Shown in pieces: positions 34,306-45,581 of a stretch of 64,000 nucleotides of DNA. Under the pieces are notes generated by a model. The model had not been told where the DNA came from. It saw only the letters and a list, made by a program, of their open reading frames with translations, and made no database searches. Numbering within the stretch: the first letter of the stretch is position 1; the number at the start of each line of letters is the position of its first letter. The DNA comes from Zootoca vivipara (lineage: Eukaryota), in assembly GCF_963506605.1 (NCBI RefSeq), contig NC_083279.1:71486001-71550000 (forward strand), read 5' to 3'. The position numbers were made by a program, and so were the translations under genes.

Positions 34306-36008
34306 GTAAGATCTAAAGTGTTTCGATCTGGCTTCAGATATGCTTTGCTTGTTGAATATGTGTGCACCCCAGCCCTCAATTAAAGTTGAGTCCTAGTATT
34401 AAGTGTGAAATGTGCAGGCTACTGTTATCACCATACCTGGTTATACTGTTGAACTAAACAGGAGCCAAAAAGTCATTGGAAAAGGGGTGATAATCTAGAG
34501 CAGGCACCCCCCAAACTGCGGCCCTCCAGATGTTTTGGCCTACAACTCCCATGATCCCTAGCTAAAAGGACCAGTGGCCGGGGAAGATGGGAATTGTAGT
34601 CCAAAACATCTGGAGGGCCGAAGTTTGGGGGTGCCTGATCTAGAGTTCTTAGTGTATTCTACAGCTCAAATAATTGCAAGTCAAATAATTGCAGCTCCAA
34701 ATACTCAACTGTCCTTAGACACAGGAGAGAGTATTTATTATTAAATCTGTCAAATTATTAATTACTTTAAAAATGTAGTTATTCATCTGATTGTTGTTGT
34801 TTAGTCGTTTACTCGTGTCCGACTCTTCGTGACCCCATGGACCATAGCACGCCAGGCACTCCTGTCTTCCACTGCCTCCCGCAGTTTGGTCAAACTCATA
34901 TTCGTAGCTTCGAGAACACTGTCCAACCATCTCGTCCTCTGTCGTCCCCTTCTCCTAGTGCCCTCCATCTTTCCCAACATCAAGGTCTTTTCCAGGGATT
35001 CTTCTCTTCTCATGAGGTGGCCAAAGTATTGGAGCCTCAGCTTCACGATCTGTCCTTCCAGTGAGCACTCAGGGCTGATTTCCTTAAGAATGGATAGGTT
35101 TGATCTTCTTGCAGTCCATGGGACTCTCAAGAGTCTCCTCCAGCACCATAATTCAAAAGCATCAATTCTTCGGCGATCAGCCTTCTTTATGGTCCAGCTC
35201 TCACTTCCATACATCACTACTGGGAAAACCATAGCTTTAACTATACGGACCTTTGTAGGCAAGGTGATGTCTCTGCTTTTTAAGATGCTGTCTAGGTTTG
35301 TCATTGCTTTTCTCCCAAGAAGCAGGCGTCTTTTAATTTCGTGACTGCTGTCACCATCTGCAGTGATCAAGGAGCCCAAGAAAGTAAAATCTCTCACTGC
35401 CTCCATTTCTTCCCCTTCTATTTGCCAGGAGGTGATGCGACCAGTGGCCATGATCTTGGTTTTTTTGATGTTGAGCTTCAGACCATATTTTGCACTCTCC
35501 TCTTTCACCCTCATTAAAAGGTTCTTTAATTCCTCCTCACTTTCTGCCGTCAAGGTTGTGTCATCTGCATATCTGAGGTTGTTGATTTTCACTATTCATC
35601 TGATAGGCTGATTAATTTAGGTACTGAAAGGGCCATGTTGCATTTCTTTTCATCAGATTTTGTGCATTTGATGAATGCTGTATCTTGCCATCCTATACAA
35701 GATGAAACCCTAGTCCCAGGGTTTTGCTTATGTGGAGGCTTTCTCACAGACTGACAGACACAGCCGATCGATTGGGGCAACTGGTTTGAGTACAATCTTT
35801 AACTCACAGTGAAAATGTTAGTGAATTGTGCCAGCTAATAAATTAAAGCTCATGGCTTTAATTTCTCACCCCACCCCACCCTACCCTTTGCTCAGAAACA
35901 AATTCTGCATAATAGCAGATTCAGAAGTGTGGTAGTGCAAGGGATCTATCAGTCCCCCTGCCTATGCTATTTACGGATCTTGATAATGCTGTGTAAACAT
36001 GTCTGTGT

Positions 36009-36047
<39 letters not shown>

Positions 36048-38071
36048 ATATCTGCCTTGCTTCTGAAGTTCTTAGAAATACTTGTATCCAGCTGGACACT
36101 TAATTACAGAAGAGAATTTAAATTCATTTTCCCCTCCCCTCCCCTCTCCAGAAGTTGACACTAAAGCCATCTCAAAGAGGCATGTCCAATATGATTTGAT
36201 GATCATACCTGACGCAATTGCATTTTATGCGTTCGATGCTGTGAACAAAGTATCTCCTAAAACTGCTGAGTTCTTGTATGGTGCTTTCCAGAATCCAATC
36301 ATCCTTGAGACGAGGTATGTACGGTGATGATGACACATTTCTGTCATTGGGGGCGGTGCTTCAATTGTGGAGGTTCAAGCTGCAGGAATGAGAGTATAGA
36401 CAGGGCAGTCTCGAGCAGGTCAGCCGCCCTGGCGCTGAGCACCCACCCTTGCCGTGCAGCACCCACCCTACCGGCCCCGTGCCACCAGGACTCTACCTAG
36501 AGCCGGCCCTGAGTATAGAAATAAACCAGCTTTACAGTGAAAATATGTACTTGGGATATATTTCTTCCCCACTAAAGTGTGGACAATGTGTTTGTACTGG
36601 ACTGGTTTACAAAAAAAATTGCTATGTGTGCGAACTTTTCTCTTTCAGCATTGCACTGCTTTTGGCTAAGGGTATTGGCAAACTCCAGTGGGCGGTATAA
36701 TCGGTAGCATATTGGCAGAGATGGGATTCACCCACAGCGTGTTTTGCCCATCCTGGGAGGCCAGGTACAACCTAGAACAGGCATCCCCAAACTTCGGCCC
36801 TCCAGATGTTTTGGACTACAATTCCCATCATCCCTGACCACTGGTCCTGTTAGCTAGGGATCATGGGAGTTGTAGGCCAAAACATCTGGAGGGCCGCAGT
36901 TTGGGGATGCCTGACCTAGAACCTGCAAAGCACTTGAAAGTAGGGACAAATTCAATTCAGTTTAAATTTAAAGCCAAACCTACCAAATCCACACTTTTGA
37001 GAACAGTGCAGTATGCAAACTGAAATGCTGCTAACCTTCAGATTTTCTATTTTGCAAAGCACTTCTCCAACCAACCAATGCCTACAAAAATGCGTATCTC
37101 AGGGGAAAGTGTGCCTAAGAATGAAGATATTAGTGAAAATAACATACAAAAAATGATCTGAAGAAGTGTGCATGCACATGAAAGCTCATACCAATAACAA
37201 ACTTAGTTGGTCTCTAAGGTGCTACTGGAAGAATTTATCATTATTATTATTTTACAAAATAATGTGTTGTATTAGGGGCAATTGCTTCTAAAAATGTGTG
37301 CATTAGTCAAAACTGCATATGAAAAATGTATGTGTTGGGATAAATTTTCACTAAATTGCTGGTGAATTTTCATTAGTTGTTTTTTAAAAATTGCTGCAGA
37401 AATGTGGAGAACTGAATTTAAGATTGGAAAAATGAGAAGTTGAGACAACTGCAGTTAGCAGGTCCTTCCATCCATACAAGAATGGGTTTCATATGAATGC
37501 CTGCTACCTACTCCCACCCCCACCCCGTCTTAAGGCTACTACCAGATGCAGACAAGGATGGCTCAAACAAGAGCCTCCTCCATTGCATTTTTTGTCATCC
37601 AGCCTGGTGAAGAGTTATAGTGAACATAAAAGCTTGTTGTGGCATTCTGGTTGGCTTAATAAAGGATAAGAGCTGTAGAATTTACTGGAAGCTCTGAAGA
37701 ACATGGATGGCCCTCTATAAACCGTCTGAGGGAGCAATATATTTTGGGAGGGTTCAGGTTGTGAAACTTCCACCCATGTCCAGCCTATATATGTGTGAAC
37801 CATAAGCCCTGCGTCGCAAAAATGCCACAAGCCTCCAGTGTCTTCCTCCCAAAGGAAACAGATTTAGGGTACACGGTGAACCCCTGGAATTCTCAACACT
37901 CAGAAAAATGGGGAAAGCATAAAAATAGCATCTCATCATTACAGGTTTCTATTTCCTTGCAGGAACTTCTTGATAAAGACAACAACTGAAATCAATCGAG
38001 CATTTCAACAACTGGTAGAAAATATACATGGTTTATGGACAAAGGAAGAAGCAGAACCAGCACAGCACTAG
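34245..38071 (+). CDS. APOV1: Apovitellenin-1 / apolipoprotein VLDL-II orthologue, 110 aa
   Basis: Coding exons 34245-34305, 36152-36314 and 37963-38071 (333 nt, phases 1 and 2) give MLQYKAWAVTLILLLANTLTEVDTKAISKRHVQYDLMIIPDAIAFYAFDAVNKVSPKTAEFLYGAFQNPIILETRNFLIKTTTEINRAFQQLVENIHGLWTKEEAEPAQH. Colinear with chicken apoVLDL-II as recalled (MVQYRAL..ILLL..EV..K..IPDA..Y..AVNKVSP..RNFLI..T..QL.E.I..L..TK). Confidence 0.92.
34501..34637. mobile_element. hAT-type MITE
   Basis: TIR CAGGCACCCCC; TSD ATCTAGAG (34493-34500, 34638-34645). Confidence 0.9.
34792..35592 (-). mobile_element. BovB (RTE clade) LINE, 5'-truncated, in APOV1 intron 2
   Basis: Uninterrupted 263-aa RT frame (INNLRYADDTTL...RRIDAFELWCWRRLLRVPW), (CAA)n tail, 12-bp TSD TATTCATCTGAT (34780-34791, 35593-35604). 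Confidence 0.95.
36011..36043. repeat. (CA)n microsatellite
   Basis: Direct observation. Confidence 0.95.
36152..36314 (+). CDS. APOV1: APOV1 exon 3
   Basis: Pyrimidine tract CCCCTCTCCAG, donor AG|GTATGT; IPDA and AVNKVSP motifs. Confidence 0.92.
36778..36913. mobile_element. hAT-type MITE
   Basis: TIR CAGGCATCCCCAAACT; TSD ACCTAGAA (36770-36777, 36914-36921). Confidence 0.9.
37154..37230 (+). mobile_element. Penelope-like terminal fragment with hammerhead-like motif
   Basis: CTGAAGAAGTGTGCATGCACATGAAAGCTCATACC...TTAGTTGGTCTCTAAGGTGCTACTGGA. Confidence 0.6.
37963..38071 (+). CDS. APOV1: APOV1 exon 4 coding part
   Basis: Acceptor TTTCCTTGCAG, NFLIK...; stop TAG at 38069-38071. Confidence 0.9.
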
Positions 38072-38149
38072 GACCTAAATGAATTTGTGGAGTGGCCTCT
38101 TCCTTGTATTCATCAGTGGATCATATTGTGCAGAGGGTTATTTTGGTAT

Positions 38150-38875
38150 AGTTTATTATTATTATTTCATTTTATAATGTGTATATAAAACAGATAACAA
38201 TTATAACAACCGACAAAAATTTAAAGATGAAAAACAAAACTATAAAATAGGCACGTGGAATGAGTAATTGGACATGAGTTAAAATAAAGTCCAAGTAAAG
38301 ACTATCAAATTTACCAGATCATTAAGTATAGTTTCAGATTTGCCAGGCTTGTGATGACGGTTATCTTGAAAATGATGGTTCCACTGTATATGTCATAAAG
38401 GAATGCCAAATCATATAAAAAGTGCCTGGAGGTTCTAGCCTCATCGAAATCTCAAATTATGCTTGGTTTTCTCCTTTATTCTAGGGTGAACAGTGCCAAG
38501 CGTCCAGTGTAAGATTTTGGGCTGCTTTCCACTGAATTGCAATTATTGTTTGTGCTGCCAAGATCATATATGACCAGTTCCTTTGACGATATATTTACAT
38601 TGGTATCATCGAAAAATATTCAGTCACATGACTTCCAGTGCCTCGCAAAGCATCAGAAGTCACGTCCAAGGCTTTGTGGGGCCTTGTAGGTGGAGTCTAA
38701 GGTCTCACAGGGCCTTGGACATGACTTCCGGGGTTCCCAGGCACCGCTGCGGAGCTCACAAGGTGATGTCATGGCTCAATGTGAGGCCAGGATGTCACAT
38801 TATATCGTAGACCACTGGGCACCCATAATCTGGGGCCTAAGTCGGCACCCCTGGATCCAGCAGAAGTCAAGCATG

Positions 38876-38933
<58 letters not shown>

Positions 38934-39835
38934 CAGCCTGCTTCCAACTTCTAACTTTTAGCTCACATAACCCAGCTCTCAATCCTGGCCTTTGTCTTTC
39001 TAAATACCAGCAAGTTGGGGGAGAGGGTCCCACCCATTTGTCGTCTCTCACAAAGCCACTTCCTTTGTTACCTTAATGATCCATACTTCAGCAATTACCT
39101 CATTAGGAAGTTAGCCTGGCTTTTCCAGGAATTGAAATTGGATCCAGGAATTTGAAAGGGGCTCAAGCATATAGACCATGTCTCGTAAACTCAGAACAGT
39201 ACAATTTAGAAACAAATCCTTTTCTCTCTATACCCATTGTGCTTAATAAATTGTGCTAAGGGTCTCAGAGCTTGTGTTTTTAGAAATTCTTTTATAATAA
39301 AACTATGAATTGATGAAAATAAATCCAGTTTGTGTTCAGATTTGACGAAGTTAACTTTATTTGGTTACTAGCTAGAGGTTGATTATTGGTATAGAAATCT
39401 TATAATGTGTATAAACTTTCAGATTTGCAGTATTCAAATTCCTTATCTCTCCTTTGCTGGAAAAAATATGGGTAATATGATATTGGAATTAATGGAAAAA
39501 CAATAGGTGCAAATTTAGGTTGCCAGGTTTTCCATATCTGAATAGTACAGTTAGTAAATGGATTTGATATAGAGTTCATTAGATCTGGTTTAAGATTCTC
39601 CTAGCAAGAGATGTTTATATAGTTTGATTTCCCAGTGTTTATTCGGTTCCTCTTTGATTATATATAATAACCGTCTCAGTTGAAATACAGAGTAGTAGAA
39701 ATATAAATTAGGTATACCCCATCCTTCAAACTGAGCTCTGCTAAATAAAAAGTATTGACTCAGTCTAGGTTTTTTCTTTTGCAAAATAAAATTTATTATT
39801 TTAAGTTGGTATGTTTTCTCATGCTGCCACCAGAG
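38150..39835 (-). mobile_element. Degraded, interrupted L1-type LINE
   Basis: ORF 39590..39850 (KKPRL...EGWGIPNLYFYY) resembles the post-RT L1 ORF2 motif; boundaries approximate. Confidence 0.5.
38879..38930. repeat. (CT)n microsatellite
   Basis: Direct observation. Confidence 0.95.
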
Positions 39836-42465
39836 GGAGGGAGTAGCCATTCTTCAGCAATGACAAGTTATGAAGCCTTCCCACAAGTCGACGATCATTT
39901 CGTGAATCATCGCAAGTAGCACAGCATATGTGTAACTCCGAACTGTTTGGAAGAAGAGTGTGCTTTTATAAATGAAGTAAATAAATTGAATGCCTCCACA
40001 TAATAAAATGTTATATATGACTCACAATTATTGGGAGCCACTAGATTCGGCAGAGAATTTAGCAGTTTCCATCATTTCCTGCAACAGCTTTCTTTGTGAA
40101 ATGTGCTGCATGGCTGTAGAAAAACCAAATTAATAACAGATACAATGTCACTTACATCTGTATACAGGGACCTATATTTTGGTCCTGTGGGGCAAACCCT
40201 CTTCTGGATACACAGCCCACAAATCAGTTAGAAATGTGATTGAAAATCTGCCTTGGGGAACTCTTCAGTGAAACGTTTCTTTAAGATTTCCTTAAACTCT
40301 TAAATGAGTTGCCTCAGGTGTGCTTTTTTGGTACTTGAAGGATTAATGCACAGTATTTTTGTTAGTTTAAAATCTGTGATGGATTCACCTTATAATCCAT
40401 TTGCATGAGTCACAGCATATTTCTTCAGCAGTAAAGGAAAAGGACAGTTTTGGGTAACTCCTTCTGATTTATTGTCATCAGTACAGCTACTGTATGAAAC
40501 AAGTGAATTTTACATTCAGCAGGTTAAGACAATTCAGTATAGGAAAGTTTTGGATATATTATTTTGCAAGAATGGTGCAAATGCTGGTCTGCGTCGGTCT
40601 TTGTGTGAGGAAACTGCATGTGGAAAGAGAGATTCACTGTTCTGATCCTTTTCAGATCCCAGGAAATTCTCACCATTATGAATGTGAACTGAACTATCCT
40701 GATCCATTTGTTTCATCAAGTACATCTTCATTACACCACGGGTTCAAGTTTTGCTCGCTTCATGGAGTGATATTCCTTCCTTTCTGTGTGTTATGTATTT
40801 GCTTTGATACGGGACTTCTGGGGAGGTATAGGAATGGCGGCATACATCAGGAAAGGAGGTCTATGACAGTTAGCAAGTCCCCTCCCCTTTTCAATTTTAA
40901 CTCTCCTGAAAATTAAAACTGAAATATGCCCCACCCTTTGCTACCTGTAAATGGGGTTGTGAAATGGGAGACAGGGAAGGTTTGGATCAGTCCTAGTATT
41001 AGACTGGGCTGTCTTCAAGACATCAAAAGAGTTTGAGGAATGTAGAGACACTCAGCAAATCTGACAGATCACTGCCAGAAACAGTTTTCTAGAATGGTGG
41101 TAGTGTCCACTGGGCCAGTTTCTTCAATGACAGGTGAATCTAGACCAGCAGGTGCATTCCTAATCTCACATTTGCCTGTGGAATGTTAGAGTAATACAGC
41201 CATCTTTGAATCTTGAAAGTTTTGAAGCAGCACAGATGACCGTAGCAATATTATTTTTAAATACTGCTTTTCAATGTACTGTTCACATGTAGTTCACTTG
41301 TTGTGATGAAAAGGAAAATATAGCACAAGAGGCTTCTCGCTAAAAAAAAATTCCTTGAAAACAGTTAGGGATAAAACCCAAAAAAAATTCTCAGTTTTTT
41401 TCCTTTTGGAAAGGGGTGTTTTTCCAGTGTTTATTATCATGTGGCATCACTAAGCTGCATCATGTACAGTAAGCCTTAGGAATTGGATCACTGCATACCT
41501 GACCCATTACATTGCCTTACCTTACCTCTTAAGAAAAGGTCACTCTCTAGTATTATTTGCAGTGTGGCAGTCAAAACACTCCACAAACAGGAATTGTCTA
41601 TACTGTGTACACACTTCCTTCAGAATATTGTACAGAAGTAACTACCTTGATTTAATCTGTCTTAGTTTTAAGAAGGACTGAATTATGATACACCATAAAG
41701 TATACGAAGACAGATTTCACAAATGGAGTAAGTAGTGTAGGGGAAAATACTGCACTGTATATATGTACTTAAAAAAACAACTTGTCTGTGGATTGGCATT
41801 TGCTATTTTAGACTTAGGATTTTCAGCTAATGTCCTTATTAAATGGCAAACTACGGTATGTTTCTCGGTGATAAACCAAACTCTGGCTGCCCTGTGGCTA
41901 CAACATTCAAGTTCACACATATGCAAATTTGCCCATAAATAGAATCCGATTTAGCAGGCTTCAGTTTGTGGTAGAAGATGTTCACCACATTCAAAAGGCA
42001 AAACATCAGTTACTTCCACTCTGACAGCAACATTGAGAGTTTTAATCTGTTTGTTTCACCAAGTTGTTTTCCCTAGTAACATATTTGACTGTTTAAAGAA
42101 GTGTGTGTAAAACCACTATTACCTGCCAAAAAGTAAGTACCGTTAGTTTTAATTGCTCAAAATATTTAGGTTTTGTGTATGTGTGTGCTGGAATGCTTTC
42201 TCAGCAATTAGTTTGAGCAATATCATTATCAAGATGAAGAGAAGTGACATGTCTACCATGTTTCCACAAACCATACCGTACATTAACCAAGAGCAACCAC
42301 ACATGGCATAAACATCAGGGAAGAACTTCATCAGTTTGGGAACCCATGATCTACATGTATTTTACCATCACTTATCTCTACCCTGTTTTACCCTACAAAT
42401 GAATGCTTAACAAGCTACAGGTTAAAATATAGGAAGCTACTTCATACCACATCAAACCATTAGTC

Positions 42466-42601
42466 CAGGCTTCCTCAACCTCGGCCCTCCAGATGTTTTT
42501 GGCCTACAACTCAAATGATCCCTAGCTAGCAGGACCAGTGGTCAGGAATGATGGGAATTGTAGCCTCAAAACATCTGGAGGGGCGAAGTTGAGGAAGCCT
42601 G
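42466..42601. mobile_element. hAT-type MITE
   Basis: TIR CAGGCTTCCTCAAC; TSD CATTAGTC (42458-42465, 42602-42609). Confidence 0.9.
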
Positions 42602-44540
42602 CATTAGTCCATCTAGCTCAGTATTTACACTAACTGGTAGCAATACTCCCAAGGTTTCAGAGAGGAATCTTCATCAGCCCTACTATGGTTTCCAAGGACT
42701 GAACCCAAGAATCCATTTCCCATAGAAAATATGTATCCTATCACTGAGCTGCAGTCTGTCCTTTAATTAAAATATTATGTGTCATCTCTTAATCATAAAG
42801 ATTCCTGAGGCAGCAAAGTGGATAAAGCCACCACATTAAAATCACTAAAAATAACATAAGCAGATTAAAATACTGTACCCAACAAAATTAAACAATAGCT
42901 GTAGCACCAAACTGTATTAAAGCCTGGGTGGGGGTAGAGGGAGCAGCAGCTTTAGTTTATTTCTAAAATCAGTAGGGAGTCTGGTAAGAGGCAGATTTAG
43001 GGGAGTGTGGCCAGTTCGTTCATACTGGGCACTGAGCTGCAACAAAGACTTAGAACGGAAGGTGAGAGTCGGGGTGATCGCTGAATTTTGGCACCACAGA
43101 GGGTGCCACTGAAATCTGAAAGCCCAAAGTCTGCCACTGATCTGGTAGAACATTCCAGAGGCCAGTTTCAGAGGCAAGGGGCCACAATGGACAAGGCACT
43201 GTTACTAGTTGCTGCACACCTCACCTCAGAAGGTGAGGGAAATCTGAGAAGGTCTTTTGAAGACGATTATTAAAGATCAGGTGATCTTCAGATAGCCTGG
43301 TTCAAAGCCATTTAAGGCTTTAATGTTCAAAATTGGGACAATTGGACCCAGGAACAAAACAGTAGCTTCAAGTGCTAGACTGGTTGAGCCTTAAACATTG
43401 GTAAAATCTAGTTACAAATTCAAACTCGAGTCCTCCGAATGCCTATGTAGCAAAAACTGCACCATCAGCAAAGAAGAAGGGATGTATCTGTAGACACGAA
43501 TTACTCTTAGGTATGGGAGGATGGGGACTAAAAGGAAGGAACCCCCAATCAGGTCTATCAAAACTCAATGGCGCAGAATGTTGAGAAGAGTGAGAGGGTA
43601 AAAACCTGGGTGGGAAAGATGTCTCCCAATGTCAGTTGCTGAGAATCACAGTTGGTGGGGTATGGTTGCACCCAGGTATTTCTTGTGGCCGTCCCTCATT
43701 GACATCTGTTTGGACAGTATAACAACAGGATATTGCTCTAGAGGGGCCATTGGCCTGATCTATGTTCTTAGTATGGAGGGCCTAGAGCAGAGCACACACA
43801 GATGAGGAGCCATATCATTCTATGGATAGGTGATTTCCTGGTGAAAAAATCACCATGCAATATTGTACCTAGAAAGACCGTAAAGTCTTCTATGTTCTCA
43901 GTAGAGAAATTAAAGAACTGAATGTGGCTGGGATTGGTCACAAATGTATCTACCCTGCACACATGAACCCGAATACAGAGAGGAAGAAGAAAACTGGCCA
44001 ATGAGGACTGAGAATGCTCAGTGCAAATGGAATATTGACTGGTTTGGGAGAGGAGGAAAATCAGGCTGTGCATAAATTACCATTTACTCCCACTCCAGTG
44101 CATGCCCACTGCTGGTGTTGGAAGAGGGCTACACATGCTATACGCCACAATGCGTTGATTCTGCAGTTTCTTGAGAAATTCTGCTGTTTTATATACTTTC
44201 TCTCAATCCAGCATCTATCTGATTTGAAAACAGAAGCTATAATTAAGCTGTGGTTTGTATGTTTTAGACAGCCATTGCAGTTTACATGACAGCTTACATG
44301 AGAACTTCAGTGAATTGGAGTTTGATGTGGGGAAACAATCTGGTAATGGGTTGCTGGGAATTATAAATCTATGAGGGATAAACTACAGTGCCCCAGAATT
44401 CTTTGCAGGAAACAATGTGCTTTAAAGATAGTGTGTGCACAACCTTATAGGTAGCATAATTTAATAGTAGTTTTCATCCAGATCCAACCAATTTTTCTAT
44501 GCAGGAAGCACTGCTTGAGGAAAAATCTGGTACAATATTG

Positions 44541-44678
44541 CAGTGTTTCTCAACCAGTGTGCCTCCAGATGTTTTGGGACTACAACTCCCATCATCCCTA
44601 GCTAGCAAGACCAGTGGTCAGGAATGATGGGAGTTGTAGTCCCAAAACATCTGGAGGCACACTGGTTGAGAAACACTG
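44541..44678. mobile_element. hAT-type MITE
   Basis: TIR CAGTGTTTCTCAACCAGTGTG; TSD CAATATTG (44533-44540, 44679-44686). Confidence 0.9.
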
Positions 44679-45139
44679 CAATATTGTATGGTGATTTCCC
44701 CCCCCCCCACTGTCTCCTGTGTGAACTGCTCAGCCCATGTTTCTCTACATCTGTAATACTGAAAGCTGGGTCTGCTAGTTAATGTTGCCTATGTTCCAGA
44801 TACTGGTGCTGCTTATTCAGTGTTTGTGAGATCTGTAAAAGACGTGACCATAGAAAAAAATCAAAGGTCTGTTTGCACGTGCCATGGACAAAGATACAGG
44901 AGTGTGCAGAATGCTTGACCAGGTTAAGGGCTTTGATGGCTTGAGCTAAGCTGGCAGAAAGAAATGGACCCATGCCAACTTGTATAGGATTTTTGACTTG
45001 TTTGTTAAGCTTTCTTTCTGTTGGCCTCTGGTGAAAGGGTACATGATGCAGGCACCATGCTGAAGCTAAGCAAGTTGGGGTCTGGTCAGTGGCGCTCTGC
45101 AGTCCCCCAAGTATACTGCTAAGTATAGGTACTGCCTTA

Positions 45140-45581
45140 CTGGTTTTCCCAGTAGTGATGTATGGAAGTGAGAGCTGGACCACAAAGAAGGCTGATCGCC
45201 GAAGAATTGATGCTTTTGAATTATGGTGCTGGAGGAGACTCTTGAGAGTCCCATGGACTGCTAAAAGATCAAACCTATCCATTCTGAAGGAAATCAGCCC
45301 TGAGTGCTCACTGGAAGGACAGATCATGAAGCTGAGGCTCCAATACTTTGGCCACCTCATGAGAAGAGAAGACTCCCTGGAAAAGACCCTGATGTTGGGA
45401 AAGATGGAGGGCACTAGGAGAAGGGAACGACAGAGGACAAGATGGTTGGACAGTGTTCTCAAAGCTACGAACATGAGTTTGACCAAACTGCGGGAGGCAG
45501 TAGATGACAGGAGTGCCTGAGCGTGCTATGGTCCATGGGGTCACGAAGAGTTGGACACGACAAAACGACTAAACAACAACA
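45140..45581 (+). mobile_element. BovB LINE 3' fragment
   Basis: VFPVVMYGSESW...; TSD TACTGCCTTA (45130-45139, 45582-45591). Confidence 0.93.

Noticed and set aside
44779-45544. 235-aa and other ORFs over BovB (also 34829..35344)
   Set aside because: Antisense or shadow frames of the BovB reverse transcriptase fragment
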